From the NCBI GenBank assembly GCA_049516875.1, contig JBEKSS010000004.1:1-64000 (forward strand): a DNA stretch of 64,000 nucleotides, given 5' to 3'. Of the stretch, positions 40,518 to 50,451 are shown one piece after another; position 1 is the stretch's first letter; the number at the start of each line of letters is the position of its first letter. The notes under the pieces were generated by a model, which was not told where the DNA came from, made no database searches, and saw only the letters and a program-made list of their open reading frames with translations. The position numbers and the translations under genes are program-made. This stretch comes from Candidatus Bathyarchaeia archaeon (lineage in GTDB: Archaea; Thermoproteota; Bathyarchaeia; Bathyarchaeales; Bathycorpusculaceae).

Positions 40518-40570
40518 GCGCGGGGGTGGGATTTGAACCCAAGCACTTCCACAGGATAGGCTCCTGAAAC
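40518..40570 (-). pseudogene. Degenerate 3' half of a tRNA, probably tRNA-Leu(CAG)
   Basis: Minus strand TTCAGGA anticodon-loop-like, long variable-arm-like stretch, GGGTTCAAATCCC T-arm, ACCCCCGCGC acceptor half; no recognisable 5' half. Confidence 0.6.
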
Positions 40571-40615
40571 TTCCGCGTCTTCTTTGGGTCGAGCATTGTG
40601 CAAGAAGAGATTTTC

Positions 40616-41338
40616 TCAACCAAAGCCCTTATTTTCGAACCGATTGTGGTAGGTGAACATTTCCACATCACGGCGCATTCTCAGACATTTAGCTGGCTTG
40701 GAGACGGGGTGTCCCATGCGGAAGGCAAAGGCAACCTTCATGTATTCGGGGATGCTGAGAATCTGCTTCACCTCTTTTTCCACGGCGTCCCCTGCGAATG
40801 CACTTAATACGTGAACGCTGAATCCCAGGGACTGGGCCATTAGCCACATGTTCTCCATGACACAACCCAGGCTGATAAAACCCAAAACATCCCCCTCCGA
40901 AGCAGGAGCCCTCTTCCTAGCATCATAAACCACGATCAGCAGCACAGGACTACCATTAATCCTCTGTTTCAGGGCCGTGGGTCTGCTCTCACGAACGGCC
41001 TTGTCCAGCCTTGCAGGATCCCTCCAATCCGGCGGAAACACAGTGCCAAGGATTCCAACCTTCTTTTGAAGCAACTCCTCTTCCGAGAACGAGAGCTGCT
41101 GATAGTTCTCACGGATGAACGCTTCCGAAACTTGAGACTTGATGTTTCCAATCTTTTCCAGAACTTCCTTGTCATCAACGACGAGAATCTCGAAGTTCTG
41201 CATGTTATGAGCTGTTGGCGCCCAACGCGCCGCCTCGATGATCTGCCTCAGGTCCTCCTTGGCCAGAGGTCGGTTTGGATCGTAAGCAACTCTTGTTGAC
41301 TGTCTCTGCTGGATAAGTTTCAGAATATCAGTCATCAC
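40616..41338 (-). CDS. Nitroreductase family protein
   Basis: RQSTR, ARWAPTAHNMQ, ENMWLMAQSLG. Confidence 0.9.
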   Translation of the reverse strand: MMTDILKLIQQRQSTRVAYDPNRPLAKEDLRQIIEAARWAPTAHNMQNFEILVVDDKEVLEKIGNIKSQVSEAFIRENYQQLSFSEEELLQKKVGILGTVFPPDWRDPARLDKAVRESRPTALKQRINGSPVLLIVVYDARKRAPASEGDVLGFISLGCVMENMWLMAQSLGFSVHVLSAFAGDAVEKEVKQILSIPEYMKVAFAFRMGHPVSKPAKCLRMRRDVEMFTYHNRFENKGFG

Positions 41339-41438
41339 TATTATCTTCCATCTTCAAGACTACACGTACCTCTTTCCGTCAAATGAATTTTCGCATATAA
41401 GCCTGCTGACGTGGTTCTGAAACTAGACTCAGAAGCAA

Positions 41439-41623
41439 GCGCGCTAGCGTGTTCCTAAATTGGCCAAAAATGGTTTTTATTCGCTTGTTGCGTTTTGAGA
41501 ATGACTTTTGGGCTTCGCGTTTGTTCTTGATTTCTTTGAGGCTACAGGGCTTCTCAAACATGTGGAAGCGTGCAAAAAGGAATTAAAACCATTTTAGACC
41601 ATTTTCGGAACACGCATGCGCGC
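41439..41623. mobile_element. MITE-like element with 44-bp imperfect terminal inverted repeats
   Basis: Left end GCGCGCTAGCGTGTTCCTAAATTGGCCAAAAATGGTTTTTATTC matches the reverse complement of the right end at 37/44; non-coding interior. Confidence 0.7.
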
Positions 41624-42291
41624 TATGCGCGTCCGAAGTTCCATGCGTTGTATTCTTTTTCCAACAAAGGCACGTGACTGTTCCAAACTTCCTTGCTGAT
41701 AATCTCTAGTGGCAGTATGGAAGTGGGTTTCCTTTTTGGGTTGTCATGTTCGACATATCCCCAACGGAAACCTGTTATGCAAGAGATTCTTCCTTCCGTA
41801 GACCTCATGGGAACTGTAGTCAGAAACGTATCTGCGACCCACCTCAGCTTGGCATGCTTTCCTATGTTGTGGGCTGGCGCATCAAAAAGTTGTGGCAAGT
41901 ACCCAAAAGAAGCAAATGGAATACCGAAGACTTGCATCGAGGGAAGAACATCTACAAAAACGGACTTATCAATTCTTCCTCCTTCTGAAGGGTAGAACTC
42001 TTCCGTTACAATCTGAATCCAACCGCAGAGCATTCTGTACCCTGAACCGGAATAGTTTTCAACTCTGGCATGCATCATTGGATACCCGCGAACCAAATCG
42101 ATTTCGAAATTCAAGTCAGGAACAATATCAAAACCGGCTTTGATTGGATCGTCATTCTTCCCATAATAGACTACAACTTTCCCATCATGTTCGTTTAGAC
42201 TGAATGGGATGACTATCGCGGGCTGATTGTCCAAAGATAACGCAACCATCAAATTATTAACCACCTCCTGCATGAGTATAAGGCTTTGCAC
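41623..42291 (-). CDS. Hypothetical protein
   Basis: 222 aa ORF (GWIQIV, FDAP, GFRWGY); start probably downstream of the track start; stop TAG abuts CGCGC. Confidence 0.7.
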   Translation of the reverse strand: MQSLILMQEVVNNLMVALSLDNQPAIVIPFSLNEHDGKVVVYYGKNDDPIKAGFDIVPDLNFEIDLVRGYPMMHARVENYSGSGYRMLCGWIQIVTEEFYPSEGGRIDKSVFVDVLPSMQVFGIPFASFGYLPQLFDAPAHNIGKHAKLRWVADTFLTTVPMRSTEGRISCITGFRWGYVEHDNPKRKPTSILPLEIISKEVWNSHVPLLEKEYNAWNFGRA

Positions 42292-42315
42292 TCTTTAGAG
42301 CGCACGGCAATCTTG

Positions 42316-42437
42316 GCGCGCTAGCGTGTTCCTAAATTCCTTTCTTAATGTGTGGCAGGGTTGAGTTGTGTGCCTCTCTAATGGAACGTACTATGAAGAG
42401 AGAAGTACGAGATATGTCGCAAACGAATTTAGGAACA
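42316..42437. mobile_element. Second, partial copy of the MITE-like ends
   Basis: 23-bp identity GCGCGCTAGCGTGTTCCTAAATT with 41439; 13-bp inverted match GAATTTAGGAACA at 42425-42437. Confidence 0.55.
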
Positions 42438-42661
42438 AAGATTTTTCAATGGTGCCGAGGTGGGGTCGCACAATTAGTCCATACCTCCTCGGCTGACTCG
42501 TTCAACGTAGCCATTGATGAGTGGATGGCGGAGGCGCGTTGTGTGGTTTCGGAAGTGTCGCTCTTGAGTATTGATTCAGTGTTCGTAATTGTTTTATTAG
42601 TGCAGCACTTCCACGTTAACCGTCGACATTTCACAGAGTCACACGTAGGAGGATGAAATGA

Positions 42662-45319
42662 ATGAATCAGCGCACTGTTGAGTCTGGCCCAGAGGTAGTT
42701 GTTGATCTGAGTGAGAAGAAGCCGATTCGTGTTTTGCACGTTGACGATGAAGTTGGCCTGTTGAAGATATCTAAACAATGCCTGGAGATGCAGGAATCAT
42801 TTCAAGTACATACGGCGTCTTCGGTAGATGAAGCCATGGAGAAGATGAAGAAGCAATCGTTCGACGTCTTGGTTTCTGACTATCAAATGCCCGGGAAAAA
42901 TGGCCTGCAGTTTCTACAAGAGCTCAGACAAAAAGGTGACAGCACACCCTTCATTATTTTCACTGGAAGAGGCAGAGAGGAAATAGCTGTCAAAGCATTG
43001 AACCTCGGTGCTTCTCAATACTTGAGCAAGAATGGGAATCCAGAAACCGTTTACTGTGAACTCGCCCACGACATTCAACAGGCTGCAAAACGTTCAAGAG
43101 ACGCCATTGAACTCAAAAAGGCAGAACGGAGGCTCTTTGATGAACATGCGAGGCTACTGAACATATTCTCGGCCTCTCCTTCTGCTATTATCGTCATTGA
43201 CTTGAACGGCAAGATTACAGAGTGCAATGAGCAAGCGCAGAAGCTATTCGGGTATCTATCAAAAGACGAGATTATTGGCAAGAATGTCTTCAGCTTCATC
43301 GCAGAGAAAGACAGAGAAAGGGCGACGGAGAACGTAGACAGAACCCTAAAGCAAGGCATATTGAGAAACATCAGATACTTCATTCTCAATAGAGATGGTC
43401 ATGAATGGTTAGCATTGGTTTCTGCAAGCGTCATACAAGAACCCTCCGGCAATCCTTCCGGTTTTGTAATCGTAGCTGAAGACATCACAGAACGTAAGCA
43501 GGTGGAACAGGAGCTTCACCGTTTTTCCGTTGCAATCAAGACCTCACTTGACGGCGTCATATCAGGTGACTTAAATGGGAACATTGCCGATGTAAATGAA
43601 GCTGCACTCAGAATGTATGGAGGCACCGACAAAAGCGACCTGATAGGAAAAAACGTGATTGACCTTCTAGTTGAAAGGGACCGAACGCGGGCGCTACACG
43701 ACTCGATGGAATCCATGAGGACAGGACGGGGCAAGACAGTAGAGTACTGCGCCCTCACAAAGAGCGGCATTGAAATTCCAATAGAGATAACAACGGCATT
43801 CATGAAAGAAGAACAAGGCGAGCCGACAGGGTTCGTGGACATCATTCGAAATACAGCTGAACGAAAAAAAGCAGAGTTAGCACTTAAGGAATCAGAGGCA
43901 AGATACCGTTCATTGGTCGAACAATCACTGGCGGGAATAATCATCGCTCAGGGACCTGCTGTACACGCAGTTTTCGTGAACAGGGCAATGACCGATATTT
44001 GGGGGTATACTGTTGAGGAATTCTGTTCCTTGCCGCAGCAGCAGATAGAAAAAATGATACACCCTGAAGATCGAAGCCTATTTTTCAAGTCTTTTGAGCA
44101 ACGCTTGGAAGGGAAAAACGTGCCTTCGCATTACGAATTTCGGGCACTTCGCAAGGATGGCAACGTCATCTGGCTGGAAATATCCGCTGGACTGATTGAG
44201 TACAATGGGCGACCTGCCGTGCAAGGTATATTTACAGACATCACAGAACGCAAGAAAATGGAAGAGTCTTTGAGAGAGAACAAAGAGAAATTCGAAGGTT
44301 TGTTCACGGGCAACCCCGAAGCCACGGTATACCTGAATCCGGATTTCCACATTCTAGACCTTAATCCCCGCTTCGCAGAACTATTCGGATATTCTCTGGA
44401 GGAAGTCAAAGACAGACACATTGACAATGTCTTAGTTCCCAAGAACATGATGGAAGAAGCTGAGATGTTGGACAAGAAGGCAATTGACGGGTATGTCTAT
44501 CACGACACTGTCAGAGCCAGAAAAGACGGGTCTTTAGTTGCCGTTTCGATTTCTGCTGCACCGATTCTAATACAAGGCCTGCTTGCAGGTTACATTGGCG
44601 TGTATAAGGATATTTCCGAGTTGAAGAAGACAGAACAACAGTTGGCCATGATGAATGAAAAGTTGCGAGTTGTAGGCGGCTTAACTAGGCACGATGTGAG
44701 GAACAAGCTGTCCACGATCACGGGAAATGCTTACATGTTAAAGAAGCAATTGGCAGACAACAAAGAGGTTCTTGACGAAATCAGAGATATGGAGAAAGCC
44801 GTTTCGCAAGTGACGAGGATCTTTGATTTCGCCAAGGACTATGAGATGTTGGGCGTCGAGGAACTGACATACATTGACGTGCAGAAAAGCGTGAACGAGG
44901 CCGCCCAGCTCTTCTCGGATTTAGACGGAGTGAGGATTTTGAACGAATGTCACGGTTTGACTGTCCTGTCGGATTCACTGCTGCAGCAGCTTTTCTATAA
45001 TCTGATCGATAATTCACTGAAGCACGGCGAAAAGCTGAGCCAGATTAGGATTCACTACGAAAAAGCTGAGGGAAACCAGCTCAGACTAGTCTATGAGGAC
45101 GACGGCGTAGGCATATCTCAAGAAGCTAAACCCAAGCTTTTCAGCGAAGGCTACACTGCTGGGAAAGGTTCAGGCTATGGGCTATACTTGGTGAAAAGGA
45201 TGATGGAGGTATATGGCTGGACGATTCAAGAAACTAGCATCCCAGGCATAGGAGTTCGCTTCACTATAGTTATGCCTGAGAAAAACCAAAACGGCAAAGA
45301 AACCTATCAACTTCACTAA
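42662..45319 (+). CDS. Hybrid sensor kinase REC-PAS(x4)-HisKA-HATPase
   Basis: LHVDDE/SDYQMP receiver, repeated DITERK PAC ends, RHDVRN H-box, NLIDNSLKH, DDGVG, GYGL. Confidence 0.93.
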   Translation: MNQRTVESGPEVVVDLSEKKPIRVLHVDDEVGLLKISKQCLEMQESFQVHTASSVDEAMEKMKKQSFDVLVSDYQMPGKNGLQFLQELRQKGDSTPFIIFTGRGREEIAVKALNLGASQYLSKNGNPETVYCELAHDIQQAAKRSRDAIELKKAERRLFDEHARLLNIFSASPSAIIVIDLNGKITECNEQAQKLFGYLSKDEIIGKNVFSFIAEKDRERATENVDRTLKQGILRNIRYFILNRDGHEWLALVSASVIQEPSGNPSGFVIVAEDITERKQVEQELHRFSVAIKTSLDGVISGDLNGNIADVNEAALRMYGGTDKSDLIGKNVIDLLVERDRTRALHDSMESMRTGRGKTVEYCALTKSGIEIPIEITTAFMKEEQGEPTGFVDIIRNTAERKKAELALKESEARYRSLVEQSLAGIIIAQGPAVHAVFVNRAMTDIWGYTVEEFCSLPQQQIEKMIHPEDRSLFFKSFEQRLEGKNVPSHYEFRALRKDGNVIWLEISAGLIEYNGRPAVQGIFTDITERKKMEESLRENKEKFEGLFTGNPEATVYLNPDFHILDLNPRFAELFGYSLEEVKDRHIDNVLVPKNMMEEAEMLDKKAIDGYVYHDTVRARKDGSLVAVSISAAPILIQGLLAGYIGVYKDISELKKTEQQLAMMNEKLRVVGGLTRHDVRNKLSTITGNAYMLKKQLADNKEVLDEIRDMEKAVSQVTRIFDFAKDYEMLGVEELTYIDVQKSVNEAAQLFSDLDGVRILNECHGLTVLSDSLLQQLFYNLIDNSLKHGEKLSQIRIHYEKAEGNQLRLVYEDDGVGISQEAKPKLFSEGYTAGKGSGYGLYLVKRMMEVYGWTIQETSIPGIGVRFTIVMPEKNQNGKETYQLH

Positions 45320-45423
45320 TGGGCAAGTTCAGCCACAACAGTAAGCCCTAACCTTCTTTTCAAAACAGCCAGACTTCTGTCTAGCTGTGCGCGCTAAGAA
45401 ACCACGTGAACACGTCCAAGAGG

Positions 45424-46218
45424 CTATGCGGAAGGGATTAGCTTGATCTCGAAAATGCGGGGCCACATCTTTCCGGTGACCAAGAGCCTGCCCCCGTTAG
45501 CGTCGTATGCAATTCCGTTCAGCACGTTATTTGGATCCTGATTTTTCAAGCCCTGAATACCCGTCAAGTCAACCCACGCCGTAACTTGGCCATTCTGCGG
45601 ATTGATCACAGCGATCTTCTCTTCTCCCCAAACGTTTGCGTAGACCGTCCCGTTTATGTACTCAAGCTCGTTCAACTCATTGACAGGTCCAGTATCGTGC
45701 ACCGCCACCTGTCCGACTCTTTGGAAAGTCACGGGATCCAGAAAGTAAAGGTTCGCCGTCCCATCGCTCATTATCAGCCGACTGCCATCGTACGTTAACC
45801 CCCACCCCTCAGTGGGATATTCAAACTCCTGCAACAAACCAAAACCAGCCCTGTCATACACGAAACCCACGTGCGACCGCCACGTCAACTGAACAATTTT
45901 GTCCCCCACGACAGCGATACCTTCACCAAAATACTGAGACTGCAAACTCAGAAGCTGCAAAACTCCACCAGTCTCCAAATCCACGCGGCGCAGACTAGAG
46001 TTGCCATAAAGCCCCGTACTCTCATACAGAAAACCACCGTCAAACACCAGACCCTCCGTGAAAGCATCCGTGTCATGAGGGTACACATTGACAACGCTAT
46101 AGGTGTAGTGCAGCACCGTAGAATTCGCAGGCTTGTTGTTCACCCAAACGAGAAGGACGGCGGGAAGCACGATAATTAACGCGACAATCACCACGCCTAC
46201 CTTGCGCCACGACACCAT
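45424..46218 (-). CDS. Glutaminyl-peptide cyclotransferase (membrane-anchored)
   Basis: YPHDTDAFTEGL, YESTG, FGEG, EGWG, LNELE, VLNGIA, VTGKMWP. Confidence 0.92.
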   Translation of the reverse strand: MVSWRKVGVVIVALIIVLPAVLLVWVNNKPANSTVLHYTYSVVNVYPHDTDAFTEGLVFDGGFLYESTGLYGNSSLRRVDLETGGVLQLLSLQSQYFGEGIAVVGDKIVQLTWRSHVGFVYDRAGFGLLQEFEYPTEGWGLTYDGSRLIMSDGTANLYFLDPVTFQRVGQVAVHDTGPVNELNELEYINGTVYANVWGEEKIAVINPQNGQVTAWVDLTGIQGLKNQDPNNVLNGIAYDANGGRLLVTGKMWPRIFEIKLIPSA

Positions 46219-46292
46219 CAGAAAGCCTCACTCCATTCCTACGCCACCAAGACTTTGAAATACCTGCCTTCCAACTTTCAACTGTTTTGCCC

Positions 46293-46958
46293 TCATCTGA
46301 GCCTTGAGCCAGCTGACTTGGGGTCTCGGGCCACTCGAGCGCGCGTGTACAGGTGTCTGAACGCTGGCATGAACAGAGTGAGAATCCACAGTATGAACCT
46401 TATGCGGATGAAGGAATTGCCCACCGATATCCCCAAAGACCAGAAGACTGGTATTATGGATACGAGGAATATTGTGGTAGCTAGTAGCTCGAAATTCCTG
46501 AAGCGCCTGTATGTCAGCAGAAGGCTTTGGGGAACGAGCTTCTTGTCTTCGTCAGCGAGAGAATGGGTGAAGAACGCCAGAATCAAGAACAGCCCTGCAA
46601 GATCAATTGCGTAAAGGACAGACACGTTCTCAGCGAATGCTGAAGTGGAGGACCCAAGAATCTGGTTGAAGAGGAAGGGCTCTATTGAAACGAGGAAGAG
46701 CAGCACAATGTTGAGGTCAACGAGTCCTGCGGTCTCGACAGGAAGCAGATCCATCGTGTGCGTATACAATCGCCACACGTTTATCAGGATTAGGAAGCTG
46801 AACCCATAATAAAATAGGGAAATGAGAAGATTCTGGAAGTCCGAGGCTTGTTGACCTATCAGAGTCAGGGCGCCGATTGAGAGGGCCAACCCGAAGATAA
46901 GGTCAGAAAGAGACTGTATGCGCGGCCTCGGCCTGAAGCTTGAGTGTTCCTCGTTCAC
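46293..46958 (-). CDS. TMEM175-family potassium channel
   Basis: RIQSLSDLIFGLAL (RxxxFSD-like), six hydrophobic helices. Confidence 0.8.
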   Translation of the reverse strand: MNEEHSSFRPRPRIQSLSDLIFGLALSIGALTLIGQQASDFQNLLISLFYYGFSFLILINVWRLYTHTMDLLPVETAGLVDLNIVLLFLVSIEPFLFNQILGSSTSAFAENVSVLYAIDLAGLFLILAFFTHSLADEDKKLVPQSLLLTYRRFRNFELLATTIFLVSIIPVFWSLGISVGNSFIRIRFILWILTLFMPAFRHLYTRARVARDPKSAGSRLR

Positions 46959-47159
46959 ACAAGTAACTTCCTTTTTGAGTTTGGCATTGGCAAGAATTCA
47001 GCAAACACCATGAATATATTGTTTGTTGCAAACTGAAGCGCGCTCAGTTGTCGGTTCAGCCTAAACCTGCATGCTGAAAAGCCCCTCTGGTCTCCCCCTC
47101 AGAAGCGCCTACTAAAGTTTATGAACTCAGTTCGGACACTACGTCACAGGTGGAGAACG

Positions 47160-48665
47160 ATGACGTTGCAAGAATGGACGATTTCTGAAATGCAATCAAT
47201 GATGACCACAGGCAAGTTGACATCGCGTCGCCTCGCCGAGCTTTATCTGGAGCGGATTAACGCGATAGACAGTAACGGTCCAAAAGTGAACGCCGTCATA
47301 GAAACGAACCCCGACGCCTTGGCTATCGCGTCATCCCTCGACAATGAGCGACGCCGCGGCAAAACGCGTGGATCACTCCATGGCATTCCTGTCCTCATCA
47401 AAGACAACATCGACACACATGACCGAATGCAGACCACATCGGGTTCGCTTGCGCTCGCAGGGCACATCGCACCCCGTGACGCGTTCATCGTCAAGAAATT
47501 GCGTTCAGCAGGCGCAGTGATTTTAGGCAAGACCAACTTGAGCGAATGGTCGAATTTTCGCGGCAAACGCTCTGTCAGTGGTTGGTCGTCTCGTGGCGGA
47601 CTCACACGCAACCCCTACGCGCTTGATCGTTCCGCTTGCGGTTCGTCATCGGGTTCAGGCGCGGCGGTGGCGGCAAACCTGTGCGCAGCTGCGATTGGCG
47701 CTGAAACCGATGGCTCGCTTATTTGCCCGAGTCAAACGAATGGCATTGTTGGAATCAAACCTACGCTTGGCTTGTGGAGTCGAAGCGGTATGATTCCTGT
47801 TGCCCACAGTCAAGATACGGCTGGTCCCATGGCGCGCACTGTCGCGGATGCGGCGATTCTGCTCGGGGCACTGACTGGAGTTGATGAAGGGGATTCAGCT
47901 ACAAGGCTTAGCAAGAAGCGAGCGTTCGAAGACTACACTCAGTTCCTTGATAAGAACGGCCTCAAGGGCGCGCGGATTGGCGTTGCAAGAAGAATGGTTG
48001 GAACCGATAAACGCATCATCAAGATTTTTGAGTCGTGCCTTGATGTGATGAAGCAAATGGGAGCGGTAATTGTTGACCCAGCCGATGTACCCAACTTCAA
48101 AAAACTCCACAAGACCGAGATGGAGGTCTTGTATTACGAGTTCAAGACAGATTTGAACAAATATCTCGCGAGCACGAAGGCCCGCGTGAAAACGCTGGCC
48201 GAAGTCATCAAGTTCAATGAGGAAAACAAAGGCCGTGTGATGCCGTATTTTGGGCAGGAAGATATGGAGCTCGCACAAAAAAAGGGCTCACTGCATGACA
48301 AAAAGTACCGCGACGCACTTGCAAAGAATCACCGTCTGACACGCAAAGAAGGCATCGACGTGACCATGCGAACACACAAACTCGATGCAATCGTCGTGCC
48401 ATCAGGCGGTCCATCATGGACCATTGACTTGGTCAACGGCGATGCCATTAATTGGGACATGGATTGTACGTCACCAGCTGCAGTGGCAGGGTATCCACAC
48501 ATAACCGTGCCTGCGGGATACATCTTTGGTCTGCCAGTCGGCATTTCGTTCTTTGCAAAAGCATGGCAGGAACCCACACTCATCAGGTTGGCTTACGCGT
48601 TTGAGCAAGCAACGAAGGTTCGCAAGCCGCCAGAGTTCAGGCCAACAGCAAGCCTAAACCCTTGA
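47160..48665 (+). CDS. Amidase signature family protein
   Basis: GIPVLIKDN, GKTNLSE, GSSSGS, ETDGS, GIKPT. Confidence 0.93.
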   Translation: MTLQEWTISEMQSMMTTGKLTSRRLAELYLERINAIDSNGPKVNAVIETNPDALAIASSLDNERRRGKTRGSLHGIPVLIKDNIDTHDRMQTTSGSLALAGHIAPRDAFIVKKLRSAGAVILGKTNLSEWSNFRGKRSVSGWSSRGGLTRNPYALDRSACGSSSGSGAAVAANLCAAAIGAETDGSLICPSQTNGIVGIKPTLGLWSRSGMIPVAHSQDTAGPMARTVADAAILLGALTGVDEGDSATRLSKKRAFEDYTQFLDKNGLKGARIGVARRMVGTDKRIIKIFESCLDVMKQMGAVIVDPADVPNFKKLHKTEMEVLYYEFKTDLNKYLASTKARVKTLAEVIKFNEENKGRVMPYFGQEDMELAQKKGSLHDKKYRDALAKNHRLTRKEGIDVTMRTHKLDAIVVPSGGPSWTIDLVNGDAINWDMDCTSPAAVAGYPHITVPAGYIFGLPVGISFFAKAWQEPTLIRLAYAFEQATKVRKPPEFRPTASLNP

Positions 48666-48735
48666 TTCGCTTGCACGACAGGCGCGCGCTAAAAAACGAA
48701 ATCTTCTTTAGGTATATCTTAACTTGCTTGTGAAT

Positions 48736-49164
48736 TTATTTCGAGGGCATACTAGGCATCACACCGAGCTGTCGCATTATGGTTAGCGCGTTATAATAAT
48801 CAGTCTCTCGCCTGATCTTACCATTGTGAATTTCAATTATCGATGCGCCTCCAACCGAAAAGCGTTTTCCGGTCGCCGGTATCGCTGGATTGCTGCTATG
48901 GGCCTGAGTGCCTGTCATGGTCCATTCCCAAGCTACCCAATTGCCAGTGTCAAACAGCGACTTCGATTCGAATCGCACATCAGGAACATCAATAAAAGTT
49001 GATTTGCAGAAGGCGACTAATTCCTTCTTGCCGTGGCAGACTACGCCCAGACCATTGTCCTCTAAAACACAATCATCTGTATAGAAGGAGATTGTCTTAT
49101 CCAAGTCGTGTGAATTCCATGCGGCAGCCCAATCTTTTATTATCTTTTCAATATCATTTGTCAT
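48736..49164 (-). CDS. SnoaL-like/ester cyclase NTF2-fold protein
   Basis: AWNSHD, EWTMTGT, PATGK, GKI; GGAAAAGTTATA promoter upstream. Confidence 0.85.
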   Translation of the reverse strand: MTNDIEKIIKDWAAAWNSHDLDKTISFYTDDCVLEDNGLGVVCHGKKELVAFCKSTFIDVPDVRFESKSLFDTGNWVAWEWTMTGTQAHSSNPAIPATGKRFSVGGASIIEIHNGKIRRETDYYNALTIMRQLGVMPSMPSK

Positions 49165-49423
49165 CTTTAGACCTCTGATCTATACTTCTCTGAAGCGATT
49201 GTATTATATATATAACTTTTCCTTCCAAATTTGTTCGCACGAAGCGTTGGCGCGCGCTTAGAGAGGAACACAAGAAAGAATAGAAAGTGAAGGTAAGTGA
49301 ACGTAACGTTTTAATCGTAACGGCAACAATGCACTGCTAACACTCGCTTCACTCTCTGTTCGTTCGTTTCGTTCGCTATAGTAACAATACGCGCGCCAAT
49401 ATCAAGAATCAATACTTATTTTG

Positions 49424-49599
49424 CTCAAACACAAGTACTCCCACACCAACACAAGAAACTCAACACCCAAAACTTTTGACACTCAAAAACTAGGCGGAAT
49501 TGAGTAAAAAAAGCACGGAACCAGCATGCTTCAACAACGTTTTGACACTCAAAGAAATCACGGATTGAGTACTCAAACACAAGGGCTCGAATTTCAACA
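49424..49599. repeat. Dispersed non-coding repeat with 148-bp period, copy A
   Basis: Aligns with 61609-61784; internal ACTCAA-N12/13-TTGAGT inverted boxes. Confidence 0.85.
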
Positions 49600-49750
49600 T
49601 TCAAGCGAAAGGCTTCGACCATGTTGACCCTGCAGGCCTTAGCTCGTCATTGAATCCACGATTTTCCTACAGCCCGCGCTAAAGAAACTTCAAAAGCCAA
49701 TGTAACAAAGTTAGGCGCGCACGAGCTCGACAAGCGTGCCGAGGGAAAGC

Positions 49751-50086
49751 CTAACCCTTCGCTTCTTCACCCTCGTCTTCAGCTTCACCCTCGTCTCCAG
49801 TTTCACCCTCGTGTGCAGCTTCACCTTCGGGCGTAGGTTCTGTGGACGGTCTAGGATAAAGTATGCCGAAAGCCAGCAGCAGAAATCCAAACCCAACAAG
49901 AGCTCCTGTGGGAACCGTCACCAACCCCATGAAATCACTGAAGGACATACCCTGCGGGATAATGGAGCCGATTGGAGGCCAAGGTTCCCTTAAATAGTTC
50001 CCAACAGTCTGCAAGACCCACAGCGTCATAATCATGCCAACACCATCCATCACCAGTCCAACAGCCAGCACAAGTTTTCTAAGCAT
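49751..50086 (-). CDS. Small two-TM membrane protein with acidic repeat tail
   Basis: Two hydrophobic segments; tail EGEAAHEGETGDEGEAEDEGEE from tandem repeats; AGGAGGTGA RBS. Confidence 0.65.
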   Translation of the reverse strand: MLRKLVLAVGLVMDGVGMIMTLWVLQTVGNYLREPWPPIGSIIPQGMSFSDFMGLVTVPTGALVGFGFLLLAFGILYPRPSTEPTPEGEAAHEGETGDEGEAEDEGEEAKG

Positions 50087-50451
50087 ATTATCGCCTCGTC
50101 ACCTCCTTTCTTCATTGTATTTCATTATATTTAGATTGTGGGAAATAGAACATAGTTCTAGAAAAAAAATTGAACAGAAATCCTGTCGCGCGCGCTCAGC
50201 GTTAACGGAAACAAGCCTTGAAAGTTGAGGAAAAGGAGGAAATTGACTTGGTTTGTTTTGGTTGGTTGGATTAAAATTCTATCCCCAACACAACCAACAA
50301 GGACCTCCTGACTCCACCATTCAGTTCTCACCTCAGAAAACAACATCAACGAGCAGCAAATTTTTTTAACGGCGGAACGCGTATTAATAAACAAAGGCGT
50401 TTTCAAGCCAAAATTCACTACATTCTTGTAGCGAAGACTTCAGGCAAGGTA

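Noticed and set aside
40518-40570. Functional tRNA gene
   Set aside because: No D-arm or 5' acceptor strand could be paired.
47831-47975. GCGCGC runs inside the amidase (also 56243 and 59707 inside genes)
   Set aside because: They lie in intact coding sequence (Ala-Arg codons) without the TAG/CTA flank; not counted as boundaries.
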